Assembly: GCA_005882775.1 (NCBI GenBank)
Contig: VBDY01000122.1
Span: 9,317 to 73,316, forward strand
From: Chloroflexota bacterium
GTDB lineage: Bacteria > Chloroflexota > Dormibacteria > CF-121
Reading direction: 5' to 3'
Length of the DNA: 64,000 bases
Part shown: piece after piece, positions 9,311-18,474 of the stretch
Position numbering within the stretch: the stretch's first letter is position 1
Layout: every line of letters starts with the position of its first letter
Position numbers and translations under genes: made by a program
The notes under the pieces: generated by a model
Database searches by the model: none
What the model saw: only the letters and a program-made list of their open reading frames with translations
Told to the model about the DNA's origin: nothing

Positions 9311-10732
9311 ATGCTGCTGGTAGAAGTCCGCCGCCTTGACGTCGCGCCCTCGAGCGAGCAGTTCTGGACCATCGTCTCCCGGATCAACGGCCCCGAGTTC
9401 ATGGGGGTCCTCTATCGGGCCCGTGAAGCAATTTTCGACAGCGCGGGGATCAGCTTCACCATCGACCTGCTCAGCAAGTTTCTCCAGTTCGACGTCACCC
9501 GCAGCTGGTCTGCCGCCGACGAAGGCGAGCTTTTCTTTGGATCGGCGGCTGTGGTGGGTTGGCTCCGGGTCCGCCGGCCGGGGTCGGCCACACTCCGCGA
9601 GCTGCGCTCCGACGACATTCACTTCATGGAGCTGGAACACGCTGCCAAGCCGGCGTTCCTCGAGGTGGGACTCGCCTACCGCCCGGGCGGAGAAAAGATC
9701 AGGACCGATTTCCTCAAGCGGATCCGCTCTGCCGCGGGAGAGGTGATGGGCCAGGAGATCGGTACGCCATCGTCCTGGCCGGTGCTGGCCCCGATTGGAA
9801 CGCACAACTTTGAGGCCATCCGCAAGTCCCGACAGGCAGCCTACGAGGCCTCGCCCGAAGAGAGCGCGGCGATGGCCGCGTTCACCACGCCTGAGATTCG
9901 GGCCCTGATTCGCGACCTGGAGCGAGTGGGGTCACTGACGGTTTCGGATCTACCCAAGATCCTGGGGGAGGCCCAGGGCACCGCCGTCGCCGGCCGGCTG
10001 GGTGAGCTGCGCAGCCTCGGCCTGATCCAGTCCGAGTACGTCATCGTCTGTTCCCGGACCGGCAACGCCGTCCTGCGTACCGACGACCCCAACAAACTCT
10101 CCAAGATGGCGCCGGACTGGATGAAGTGCGCCTGCGGCCGCGCCCTCAACGAGGAGCGGGTCGACCAGGTGATCATGCCGACCGAGCGCTCCGCCGAGCT
10201 GAACGACAAGAGCAAATGGATGACCACCCTGGCGCTCACCGCGCTGCCGCGGATCGGAATCAGCCGGGACTCGGTGATCGTCGAGGGCACGCCCTCGTCG
10301 ACCGACATCGTCCTCGATCTCAGCGGCGACCTGGTCCTGGTGGTTCTCAAGGACCGCGAGTTCAACCTGTCGGATGCGTACTCGTTCAATGCCAAGGTCT
10401 CCCGGATCAAGGCCAGCGAGGGCGTGATCGTGGCCAACGAGGGTATGTCCAGCGATGCCAAGAAGCTGGTCCAGGAGGAGCTCGGTCCCCAGCGCGCCCG
10501 GGTATCCGATCCGTTCCGGGTCACCTATATCGAGGGGCTGCAGAACCTCGAGCACGAGCTCGGCCGGGTGGTCGAGCGGCGGCGCAGGCAGTATTTCCTG
10601 CGCGCAATCGGTGACCTGGCCACCATCCAGGGTCTCAACATCGGCCAGCTGGCGCTGGCCAAAGTCGAGGCTGGCGGCCGGTCGGCTAAAGATGCCGTGA
10701 TCGCAGCGGAGGCGGTCGCCGCCGAGGCTTAG
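9311..10732 (+). CDS. Hypothetical 474-aa multidomain protein with a central winged-helix-like segment and a possible nuclease-like C-terminal region
   Basis: ATG at 9311 is preceded by AAGGAG. A central HTH-like segment (EIRALIRDLERVGSLTVSDLPKILG...GLIQSEYVIVCSRTGNAVL) is present. The C-terminal beta-rich block TDIVLDLSGDLVLVVLKD is loosely PD-(D/E)xK-like. I do not recognise the family. Confidence 0.6.
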   Translation: MLLVEVRRLDVAPSSEQFWTIVSRINGPEFMGVLYRAREAIFDSAGISFTIDLLSKFLQFDVTRSWSAADEGELFFGSAAVVGWLRVRRPGSATLRELRSDDIHFMELEHAAKPAFLEVGLAYRPGGEKIRTDFLKRIRSAAGEVMGQEIGTPSSWPVLAPIGTHNFEAIRKSRQAAYEASPEESAAMAAFTTPEIRALIRDLERVGSLTVSDLPKILGEAQGTAVAGRLGELRSLGLIQSEYVIVCSRTGNAVLRTDDPNKLSKMAPDWMKCACGRALNEERVDQVIMPTERSAELNDKSKWMTTLALTALPRIGISRDSVIVEGTPSSTDIVLDLSGDLVLVVLKDREFNLSDAYSFNAKVSRIKASEGVIVANEGMSSDAKKLVQEELGPQRARVSDPFRVTYIEGLQNLEHELGRVVERRRRQYFLRAIGDLATIQGLNIGQLALAKVEAGGRSAKDAVIAAEAVAAEA

Positions 10733-10850
10733 TTTCTCTAGGGCAAGAGGCACCTACTCAGAGTGACGTCTCAAACGCGGGTGTGGCACGTCCCGCGCCA
10801 CCCGCGTGGGGCGACGCCCCGCCTGTAACGTTGCAGCAGAGTAAGTAAGG

Positions 10851-11042
10851 ATGCGTGTCTGGAGCCTCACCCTGGGCGTGATCTGCCTCATCACCGGAGG
10901 GATCTGGTTCTTGCAGGGGGCGGGAGTGATCAAGGGCAGCTTCATGACCGGGCAGCAGCTCTGGTTGATCATCGGAATCCTGGTCGCCCTGGTCGGGCTG
11001 GGGCTCGCATTCAGCGGTCTGCGCCGGCCGGCGCGACGGTGA
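10851..11042 (+). CDS. Small two-helix membrane protein, translationally coupled to the downstream Mo-enzyme
   Basis: 63 aa, hydrophobic; its stop overlaps the next start (ATGA at 11039). Confidence 0.5.
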   Translation: MRVWSLTLGVICLITGGIWFLQGAGVIKGSFMTGQQLWLIIGILVALVGLGLAFSGLRRPARR

Positions 11043-12472
11043 GACTCACCCGGCGCGAGGCCCTCGTCACCGGCCTGAGCACGGGCGCGATCGCGCTCGG
11101 CCTCAACTACCTGGGCGTCTGGCTGATCGGAGTGCCCCTGCTTCCGGAACAGGCGGGCAACCTCCTGATCAAAGTCCTTCCGCTCGGCGCCTTCGAGGGC
11201 TTGCTCCATACCTTCGGTGTCCTGGCCCGCCCCCTGCTTCTGGTCGGTGCCTCCGTGGTCGTCGTCCTGGTGTTTGGGGTGGCCGCGGTCCTGGTCGACC
11301 GCGTCAGCCGGCGCGGCCAGTCGCTCATCCTGGGTCTTGCGGCTGCGGTGGTGACTGCCGCCATCGGCCTGATCGCTGCTTCACCCGCCAACTCGGTGAT
11401 CTCATTGCTGATCGAGATCGCGATCTTTGGCGGGTCCCCGCTCGTCGTGTATGCCGCGCGCCAGGAGTACGCTCCCACGACGGCAGTTAGCTCCGACCGC
11501 CGGCTCTTGATGCGAAACCTCTTCTACGGCGCAGTCGGTATCGCCCTGCTCGGCGTTGCCTATGCCGATGTGCGGCGATTCGTCACTGCGCTCGCGGTTA
11601 AGGAGGGCAGCCGCGCCATCCAGGAGATCACCCCGGTCAGCGACTTTTACGTGGTCTCCAAGAACCTGGTCGGCGACCCCGTGGTGGATTCGGGCTCCTG
11701 GCGGCTGAACCTGCCTACCCGATCGATCACCTACGCGGAGCTGCTCGGCCTGCCGGCCCAGCGCCTCGAGCTCACCCTCGAATGCATCAGCAACGACGTC
11801 GGGGGAACCCTGATCAGCAACGGAGCCTGGTCGGGCCCGCGCGTGCAGGACGTTCTGGCGCTGACCACAGTCCCGGCCGACGCCCGCTACATGTTGATGG
11901 AGAGTGCCGATGGATACACCGAGAGTTTCCTGTTGAGTGAGCTCACCCCGGATCACCTGCTGGTCACCCACCTCAACGACCAGCCGCTGACGCCGGCCCA
12001 TGGTTTTCCGGCCCGATTCATCTTCCCCGGCCACTACGGAATGAAGCAGCCGAAGTGGGTGGTAAAGGTGCGGTTCTCGAGCGTTGACCAGCAGGGTTAC
12101 TGGGAGAACAACGGTTGGGACGAGCGGGCCATCGTCAAGACCATGTCCCGGATCGACGCTCCGGCGGACAGCGCCCTGGTCTCAGCCGGCCGGGTCAACT
12201 TTTCCGGCATCGCGTTCGCCGGCGCCCGTCGTATCAGCGGCGTCCAGCTCACCTGGGCCGGGAACGGGGAGTGGCATGACGCCACCCTGGCGGACGAGTT
12301 TTCACCGTACGCCTGGCGTTTCTGGAACCTCAACACATCCCTTACGGCTGGCCATTACCAGGTATCAGTGCGCGCCCTCGACGGCGCGGGCAACTGGCAA
12401 ACATCCACTCCGACCAGCACCCTCCCGAACGGGGCCGACGGCCTGCACTCGATCGGCATCGACGTCCGCTAG
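11039..12472 (+). CDS. Membrane-anchored molybdopterin oxidoreductase of the sulfite-oxidase/MsrP (YedY) family
   Basis: ~5 N-terminal TM helices, then a Mo-co binding fold (ISNDVGGTLISNGAWSGPRVQDVL...HGFPARFIFPGHYGMKQPKWVVKV) and an Ig-like C-terminal domain. Confidence 0.75.
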   Translation: MRLTRREALVTGLSTGAIALGLNYLGVWLIGVPLLPEQAGNLLIKVLPLGAFEGLLHTFGVLARPLLLVGASVVVVLVFGVAAVLVDRVSRRGQSLILGLAAAVVTAAIGLIAASPANSVISLLIEIAIFGGSPLVVYAARQEYAPTTAVSSDRRLLMRNLFYGAVGIALLGVAYADVRRFVTALAVKEGSRAIQEITPVSDFYVVSKNLVGDPVVDSGSWRLNLPTRSITYAELLGLPAQRLELTLECISNDVGGTLISNGAWSGPRVQDVLALTTVPADARYMLMESADGYTESFLLSELTPDHLLVTHLNDQPLTPAHGFPARFIFPGHYGMKQPKWVVKVRFSSVDQQGYWENNGWDERAIVKTMSRIDAPADSALVSAGRVNFSGIAFAGARRISGVQLTWAGNGEWHDATLADEFSPYAWRFWNLNTSLTAGHYQVSVRALDGAGNWQTSTPTSTLPNGADGLHSIGIDVR

Positions 12473-12597
12473 CTCGCTGGTTTCCTCAGATTGGCCTAAG
12501 CCGATCTCAGGGACTGGCGTGCACGGCCCGATTACCGTAAGGTTCGAGGCCGTCGGAAACCATGCGAAAGCCCGTTGTTTTAAGTAGGGAGAGGACG

Positions 12598-12771
12598 ATG
12601 TCCTCCAATACGGCGCTGCGTCGAGCGTCGATGCTGGGCACGCTGCTGCTGGCCGCGCTCTTTTCCGGGTTGGTGATCGCATCGCCCAAGCCGGCGCAGC
12701 CGCCGCTTCATCCAGCGGTCAAGCCCCTGCCCAGCGATGCGGCGGTCCAGAGCCAAAGCTATGTCTCTTGA
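12598..12771 (+). CDS. Small exported protein (57 aa)
   Basis: GGGAGAGGA SD before the ATG; RRASMLGTLLLAALFSGLVIA is a signal/Tat-like N-terminus. The 3' end overlaps the apbE start. Confidence 0.35.
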   Translation: MSSNTALRRASMLGTLLLAALFSGLVIASPKPAQPPLHPAVKPLPSDAAVQSQSYVS

Positions 12772-13609
12772 GGTGGTGGCGCGGCACTTCGACGCGCTCG
12801 GCTCGACCTGCGAGCTCCAGGTGGTGGCAGGCAGCCAGGCGGCGCTCGAGCGATGCGAGCAGCAGGTCCGTCTGGCGGAAGCCCGGTTCACCCGGTTCGT
12901 CCGGGACAGCGAGCTCAGCCAGCTGAATGCCAGCCATGGACGGTACACGCCGGTCAGCCCGCAGATGTTCTCGATGCTCGAGGCCGCGGTCTGGGCCTAC
13001 CAGGAAAGCGGGGGGCTGGTCAACGCTGCCGTGCTCCCGGCCTTGATGGCGGCGGGATATGACCGGCCGTTCATTGAAGGTCTCAGCCAGCCCGCGTCTG
13101 TGGTCGCGGTGCAGCCCGCGCCTCTTGTCGAGGTGCTGGCGCTCGATCGCCCGACCCGGTCCGCGGCTGTTGCGCCCGGCGTCGCCCTCGACCTGGGTGG
13201 GATCGCCAAGGGCTTCCTCGCCGACCAGCTTATCGATGAGCTCGGTGACAACGCCGTCTGCAACCTGGGTGGAGATCTCCGGCTGCGGGGCGGCGGTCCG
13301 GAGGGAGATGGCTGGCACATCGGCCTGTGCGATCGGAGCGCAGTGGCGCTCACCGATGGCGGGGTCGCCACCAGCGGTGTCACCCGCCGGCGCTGGGGAC
13401 AGGGGATGCACCACCTGATCGACCCGCGCACCGGCCTGCCTGCCAGGACCGACCTGCTCGAGGTCTCGGTAGTGACCGACTGCGCCCTCCGAGGTGAGGT
13501 TTATGCCAAGTGCGCGGTCCTCCTGGGTGCTGTCGACGGGGCCGCATTCCTCGAGGCCCGGGGCGTGCACTACGCCATGCTGCCGGCGGAGGCTTCAAGG
13601 GCCGCGTGA
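12761..13609 (+). CDS. apbE: FAD:protein FMN transferase ApbE
   Basis: ApbE family hallmarks: FHHLIDPRTG-like MHHLIDPRTGLP and GIAKGFLAD. Confidence 0.8.
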   Translation: MSLEVVARHFDALGSTCELQVVAGSQAALERCEQQVRLAEARFTRFVRDSELSQLNASHGRYTPVSPQMFSMLEAAVWAYQESGGLVNAAVLPALMAAGYDRPFIEGLSQPASVVAVQPAPLVEVLALDRPTRSAAVAPGVALDLGGIAKGFLADQLIDELGDNAVCNLGGDLRLRGGGPEGDGWHIGLCDRSAVALTDGGVATSGVTRRRWGQGMHHLIDPRTGLPARTDLLEVSVVTDCALRGEVYAKCAVLLGAVDGAAFLEARGVHYAMLPAEASRAA

Positions 13610-14154
13610 GCACCGACCAGCTTCTCTGGCTGACCTCGCGCACGGCTGCGCTGACCGCTTTCGTAGTGTTGCTAGCCGCGATCCTGACCGGCCAGGCCCT
13701 GCGCACCTCGCTGCTCGACGGCTGGGTACGCAAGCGCGCGGTCGCCGACCTCCACCAGTTCCTGACAGTTTGCTGGCTCCCCCTGGTCGCGGTCCACGTC
13801 GCGGCCGTGACCCTGGACGCGGTTTCCCGACTCAGCTGGTTGGACGTCCTTGTTCCGTTTCGCTCCTCCTATGCTGCCCTACCCATCGGGCTGGGGACCT
13901 GCGCCTTCGACCTCTTGATCGTGGTCACGGTCACCAGCTACCTTCGGGATCGAATCAGTCCGCCGACCTGGCGCTGGCTGCATCGCCTGAGCTATCTGAT
14001 GTTCGCCCTGTTTGGCTTGCATGCCCTGCTTGCCGGGACGGATATGGCGAAACCGCTGGTCGCCGCAGGTTTCTGGGCATTGCTCGCCTTCACCGTCATC
14101 CTGACCCTGGCCCGGGTGGTCGTCGGCCGCCTGGCAGTCCCGGCGGCGAGGTAA
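13606..14154 (+). CDS. Ferric-reductase-like transmembrane heme domain protein (MsrQ/YedZ-like)
   Basis: GTG start overlaps the apbE stop (GTGA). Six TM helices carry conserved His (WLPLVAVHVAAV, LHRLSYLMFALFGLHALL). Confidence 0.7.
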   Translation: MSTDQLLWLTSRTAALTAFVVLLAAILTGQALRTSLLDGWVRKRAVADLHQFLTVCWLPLVAVHVAAVTLDAVSRLSWLDVLVPFRSSYAALPIGLGTCAFDLLIVVTVTSYLRDRISPPTWRWLHRLSYLMFALFGLHALLAGTDMAKPLVAAGFWALLAFTVILTLARVVVGRLAVPAAR

Positions 14155-14178
14155 CCGCCGCCGCTACCATTCCAGGGA

Positions 14179-15432
14179 ATGGGTGCGCCCGCGGCTGCGG
14201 TGCTGGATCTGCAATCGATCCGCCGGCAATTCCCGGCGCTTGGCCTGCGAGTCGACGGTGACCCGGTGGTCTACCTGGACAACCCGGCCGGCACCCAGGT
14301 TCCGCAGCAGGTGATCGACCGGACTGCGGAGTACTGGCGGTCCATGAACGCCAACCATGGCGGCGTCTTCATCACCTCCCAGCGCTCCGACGCCATGGTG
14401 GACCGGACCCGATACGCGGCCGCCGCGTTCCTTAACGCCTCCAGCCCCGAGGAGGTCATCTTCGGCGCCAACATGACCACCCTTACCTTCGCGGTCAGCC
14501 GGGCGATGGCTCGCGAGTTTCAGCCGGGAGACGAGATCGTTCTTACCCGGCTTGAGCATGACGCCAACATCTCGCCCTGGATGGCGCTAGAGGAACGCGG
14601 CGTTCGCGTCCGATTTGCCGACATCAAGGTCCCCGAGTGCGTCCTGGACCTGGCCGACCTCGAACGTCAGGTCAATCCGCGGACAAGGGTGGTCGCGATC
14701 ACCCACGCCTCCAATGCGGTCGGCACCATCCCGGATCTCAAGGCAGTCGCACAGATCGCGCATCGGGTGGGCGCCTGGCTCTGGGTAGATGCGGTTCACT
14801 ACGGACCGCACGGCCTGATCGACGTGCAGGCCGTCGATTGCGACTTCCTGGTCTGCTCCTCATACAAGTTCTACGGCCCGCACCTGGGACTCCTCTACGG
14901 AAAGCGAGACCTGCTGCGCCGTCTCCGCCCCTACAAGGTGCGGCCCGCGACCGAGGAGCTGCCCGGCCGCTGGGAGACCGGCACCCAGAACCACGAATGC
15001 CTGGCCGGACTCTACGGCGCTTTCGAGTACCTGGCCGACCTGGGCGGTTCCACCGCACCGGAGCGGGCGGCCTTCGAACGCGCCGCCGCCCGAATCCAGG
15101 CTCATGAGGGTGCGCTGGTGGCGCGCCTGATAGATGGGCTGCTCCAGCTGCCAGGGGTCAAGATCTATGGCATCACCGACGGCGAAAGGCTGAACCAGCG
15201 GGCACCCACGGTTTCGCTCAGATGGGATCCGCACCGGCCGGAGGATCTCTCACGCTGGCTGGCCCGGCACCAGATCTTTACCTGGCACGGCGACCACTAT
15301 GCGCAGGTGCTGATAGAGCGGCTTGGCCTGGCCGATCGCGGCGGTACGTTGCGCATCGGGATCGCGCATTACAACACCGCCAGCGAGATCGACCTGCTGC
15401 TCGAAGTCCTCGCCGGATTTCCTGGTGCCTAG
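14179..15432 (+). CDS. Class-V aminotransferase (cysteine desulfurase / selenocysteine lyase-like)
   Basis: Fold type I PLP enzyme; SSYKFYGPHLGLLYG is the PLP-lysine region, typical of the SufS/CsdA family. Confidence 0.8.
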   Translation: MGAPAAAVLDLQSIRRQFPALGLRVDGDPVVYLDNPAGTQVPQQVIDRTAEYWRSMNANHGGVFITSQRSDAMVDRTRYAAAAFLNASSPEEVIFGANMTTLTFAVSRAMAREFQPGDEIVLTRLEHDANISPWMALEERGVRVRFADIKVPECVLDLADLERQVNPRTRVVAITHASNAVGTIPDLKAVAQIAHRVGAWLWVDAVHYGPHGLIDVQAVDCDFLVCSSYKFYGPHLGLLYGKRDLLRRLRPYKVRPATEELPGRWETGTQNHECLAGLYGAFEYLADLGGSTAPERAAFERAAARIQAHEGALVARLIDGLLQLPGVKIYGITDGERLNQRAPTVSLRWDPHRPEDLSRWLARHQIFTWHGDHYAQVLIERLGLADRGGTLRIGIAHYNTASEIDLLLEVLAGFPGA

Positions 15433-16504
15433 CCCGGCCACAATTCGCCACGCCCAGGAAAGCGACGCGAACGGCCTCGCGGCCCTCTGGCTCGAGTTGG
15501 GGAGACACCTGGTTGAGCTGAATTCGTCTGCCTTCAAAGTGCCCGAGCTCCCCGGGCTCGCCGAATGGTTCCGAACAGTGCTCGCGACGTCACGCAGCGA
15601 CGAAAGCGGTACGTTCGTCGCCGAGGTGGATGGTGCCGTGGCGGGCATGGTCAGCGTTCGCCTGGTACCGCCCATGAAGGACGCGCCCCGCCAGGTGCTG
15701 CAGGACGTGGGGGTCGTCCGTGCTGAGATCGATGCTCTCGCGGTACTCGAGCCCTTCCGTCGGCACGGGATTGGACGGCTCCTGATGGAAGCAGCCGAAC
15801 GGTGGGGGAGAGAGCACGGGGCCAGCCTGTTCTTCCTCGATACATATGTCATGAGTCCGCTGAGCGTCCCCTTTTATGAGCGGCTCGGATACGCGCGCAG
15901 GTCCATCAGGTTCGTTAAGCCGCAAGAGTACGGCGTGGCCGCCGGGGTCATCGTGGGCGAGGGAGCCCTGTCCATCCGTCGGATGAGGGACGAGCCCGGG
16001 GAATTCGAGCGGATGGCCCGGTGGCGAAACCAGCCGCACGTGCGTGAGTGGTGGGACCCGGACGAGCCCCCGCTATCGTCCGAGGCGGCCCGCAACGAGT
16101 ACGGCCCTGACACGCGTGGCGAGGCCCTGACCACCGTCTGTGTCATCGAGTTCGATCGCCGGCCGGTCGGGTTCCTCCAGTTTTACCGGTGGGCCTCCTT
16201 CGCCGACGAAGCCCAGACCATCGGCATCCCTTTCGACCGGGACACCTGGGGCCTGGACATCTTCATCGGTGAGCCGGACCGGATCGGCCAGGGCCTGGGT
16301 TCGGCGGCCGTCGACCTGCTCTGCCGCCACCTGTTCGAGCGGGGCGCCACCGCGGTGGCGCTGGTCGCCGCGAAGGAGAATGCCAGAGCGCTGCATGCTT
16401 ACGAGAAGGCGGGCTTCCGCCGGGACGCATCCGTGCTGGACCTGGACACAAGGCATGGCCGGCGGGTCGAATCCTGGCTGATGGTGCGCCGGCGCGATTC
16501 CTGA
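15425..16504 (+). CDS. Tandem GNAT N-acetyltransferase (two GNAT domains fused)
   Basis: Two acetyl-CoA binding cores (RRHGIGRLLMEAAERW and RIGQGLGSAAVDLLCRHLFE). The GTG start overlaps the upstream stop. Confidence 0.7.
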   Translation: MPSPATIRHAQESDANGLAALWLELGRHLVELNSSAFKVPELPGLAEWFRTVLATSRSDESGTFVAEVDGAVAGMVSVRLVPPMKDAPRQVLQDVGVVRAEIDALAVLEPFRRHGIGRLLMEAAERWGREHGASLFFLDTYVMSPLSVPFYERLGYARRSIRFVKPQEYGVAAGVIVGEGALSIRRMRDEPGEFERMARWRNQPHVREWWDPDEPPLSSEAARNEYGPDTRGEALTTVCVIEFDRRPVGFLQFYRWASFADEAQTIGIPFDRDTWGLDIFIGEPDRIGQGLGSAAVDLLCRHLFERGATAVALVAAKENARALHAYEKAGFRRDASVLDLDTRHGRRVESWLMVRRRDS

Positions 16505-16513
16505 GCCGGCCGT

Positions 16514-17341
16514 TCAGACGCGCCGGCCTGCGGTCCCCTGGCTCCATTGAAGGTATCGATCCGCCGACCGCTTGATGGCATCCTTTCCATCCCTGGCCAC
16601 GACCCGGTCCCACCAGCCACCGTAGACGCGGTCGAAGCGATAGGGCTCGACGGTCGAAACGATCCGTCGAATCTCCGCCTCGGACAGTGGAATCAGGTTG
16701 GGGTAGCTTCGCATGAAGCTGACGAAGCGGCGGTCCGGGACCACCGTGATCGAGTCACCGGTGAGCAGGGCGCCGAGACCGTCCGCTCCCTCCGCCCAAT
16801 GGAGGACGGCGCTCCCTTCGAAATGGCCTCCGCACTGGATCAGCGTCAAACCGGGCAGCGGCTTGAGGATTCCCTCCCAGATGGTGACTGCCGGGTCGGG
16901 TCGCATCACCCATTCGCGGTCGGCCGCCGGGATATAGATCGGAGCGCCACCGAATGCCTGGCTCCACTCCACGCAGACTCCGTAAAAATGCGGGTGCGAC
17001 ATGGCAATGCCATGCAGGCCACCGCGTGCGCGCACTGCGGCGACACCCTGCTCGTCGATGAAGCCCAGGCAGTCCCAGAGAAGATTTCCGGCGGCGGTCT
17101 GCACGAGAAGGGCGCGCTGGCCGATGCCGATGGTGGGATCGGCACCGATCCCGCTGAGCCCGGGCTCCAGGTCTCGGACATCGATCCGGCGCCCCTCGGC
17201 GGACAGCTCGTTGAGGGTCGCCCACCGCTGGCCTCCGGGGGGCACGTATTGCCGCTCGTCCTCACAGACGGCGCACCCCGGCGGCGGTGCCGGGCTGGCC
17301 GCGTGCTGCACTCCGCAGGTGCGGCAGACAAAAGCTTCCAC
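16514..17341 (-). CDS. MBL-fold metallo-hydrolase
   Basis: GTG start (VEAFVCRTCG...), 6 nt after the upstream stop. HxHxDH-like motif MSHPHFYG plus additional His/Asp ligands. Confidence 0.75.
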   Translation of the reverse strand: MEAFVCRTCGVQHAASPAPPPGCAVCEDERQYVPPGGQRWATLNELSAEGRRIDVRDLEPGLSGIGADPTIGIGQRALLVQTAAGNLLWDCLGFIDEQGVAAVRARGGLHGIAMSHPHFYGVCVEWSQAFGGAPIYIPAADREWVMRPDPAVTIWEGILKPLPGLTLIQCGGHFEGSAVLHWAEGADGLGALLTGDSITVVPDRRFVSFMRSYPNLIPLSEAEIRRIVSTVEPYRFDRVYGGWWDRVVARDGKDAIKRSADRYLQWSQGTAGRRV

Positions 17342-17346
17342 GGCTC

Positions 17347-18450
17347 TCAGTCGGCCACCCGGCGCACGGTCGTCCCACTCACGTACTCGGCAACCCGCTG
17401 GCGCCGGCGCCCGGTGAGGAGGAGGACCGCATCGGCCAGCCACAGCACAGGCACGAGGGCGAGGATATTCCTGAGCGAGGCCCGCCACAATCCCGGGACG
17501 CTGCCATCGGGTCCGTGGACGGAGATGCCCATCATGCGTTTGCCCAGCGTCTGCCCGGTAGCAGCCTCCATCGGAATCCGGTAAAGGAGCGCCACCAGCA
17601 CCACGAGGAGGAGCCCCTCCGGGTCGAACACGACCTCGGTGTTCTCGAAGCCGGCCAGCGCCGTCAGGGCGAAGACGGTAAATCCAAAGATCAGGGCGAG
17701 GTCGAGGAAGCCGGCCCAGAAACGCCGCAGGAGTGGGTATTGCCGCCAGCGTGCGCCGGCGCCACCGTGCCAGGGCAGGCGTGCCTCGACCGAGTCGGCG
17801 AGGTCGCGGCGGAGTCCGAGCACGATCGGCTCGAGGGTGGTGAGCGCGCCCCGGCGCGCCAGAAACCGGATCGAGAGGACAACCGCGAGCGCCAGCAGGA
17901 GAGAGACGATCACAACGAACAGTCGGTGCTGCACCCGGTGGAACATGCCGACGATGCGGTCGCCGGCAAGCACCCCCGCGCCGATGAACACGGCCATGTA
18001 GACGACCACCGAAGGCACCAGCCCGGCAAGGAATGTGAGCCGGGGGATCTTGCTCACCCCAGCCACCTGGGTGGTGCTAATTCGCAGACCAGGCGTCAGA
18101 CGACCGATGAAGACGGCCTTCGCCCCGCCTCGACGCAACGTCTCCGTGGCCCGCTCGACCGCCTGTCGAAAGCCGAGTGCTTCCGCCGCCTTCAGCAAGG
18201 CCGGCCGCCCCACCAGCGAGAAGATCTCGCGGCCCAACAGAGATCCCAGGACGGTGGCCGCCGCCACCCCGGCCAGCATTGGAAGGGGATCCGCGTTATC
18301 GCTCGCGATTGCAATCCCGGCCAGCAGCAACAGCAGGTCACCCGGCGCGAATGGGACGGGCACGCCGATCTCCTCGATGAAGATCAGTCCGCAGATGGCG
18401 GCCACCAGCAGGTCGCCGCTCAGGTTCTGGAGGGATCCGAGTGGATTCAT
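17347..18450 (-). CDS. Fusion membrane protein: DedA/SNARE-associated domain plus RDD domain
   Basis: N-terminal DedA core (GVPVPFAPGDLLLLLAG) and C-terminal RDD (FLDLALIFG...GQTLGKRMMGI). Confidence 0.7.
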   Translation of the reverse strand: MNPLGSLQNLSGDLLVAAICGLIFIEEIGVPVPFAPGDLLLLLAGIAIASDNADPLPMLAGVAAATVLGSLLGREIFSLVGRPALLKAAEALGFRQAVERATETLRRGGAKAVFIGRLTPGLRISTTQVAGVSKIPRLTFLAGLVPSVVVYMAVFIGAGVLAGDRIVGMFHRVQHRLFVVIVSLLLALAVVLSIRFLARRGALTTLEPIVLGLRRDLADSVEARLPWHGGAGARWRQYPLLRRFWAGFLDLALIFGFTVFALTALAGFENTEVVFDPEGLLLVVLVALLYRIPMEAATGQTLGKRMMGISVHGPDGSVPGLWRASLRNILALVPVLWLADAVLLLTGRRRQRVAEYVSGTTVRRVAD

Positions 18451-18474
18451 AAGGATGCCCGAGCCCGGGCGGGT

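Noticed and set aside
10754-12034. Minus-strand ORFs 10754..11209 and 11402..12034 opposite the Mo-enzyme operon
   Set aside because: Arg/Gly-rich low-complexity translations with no motif, lying entirely within well-supported plus-strand genes. GC-driven artefacts.
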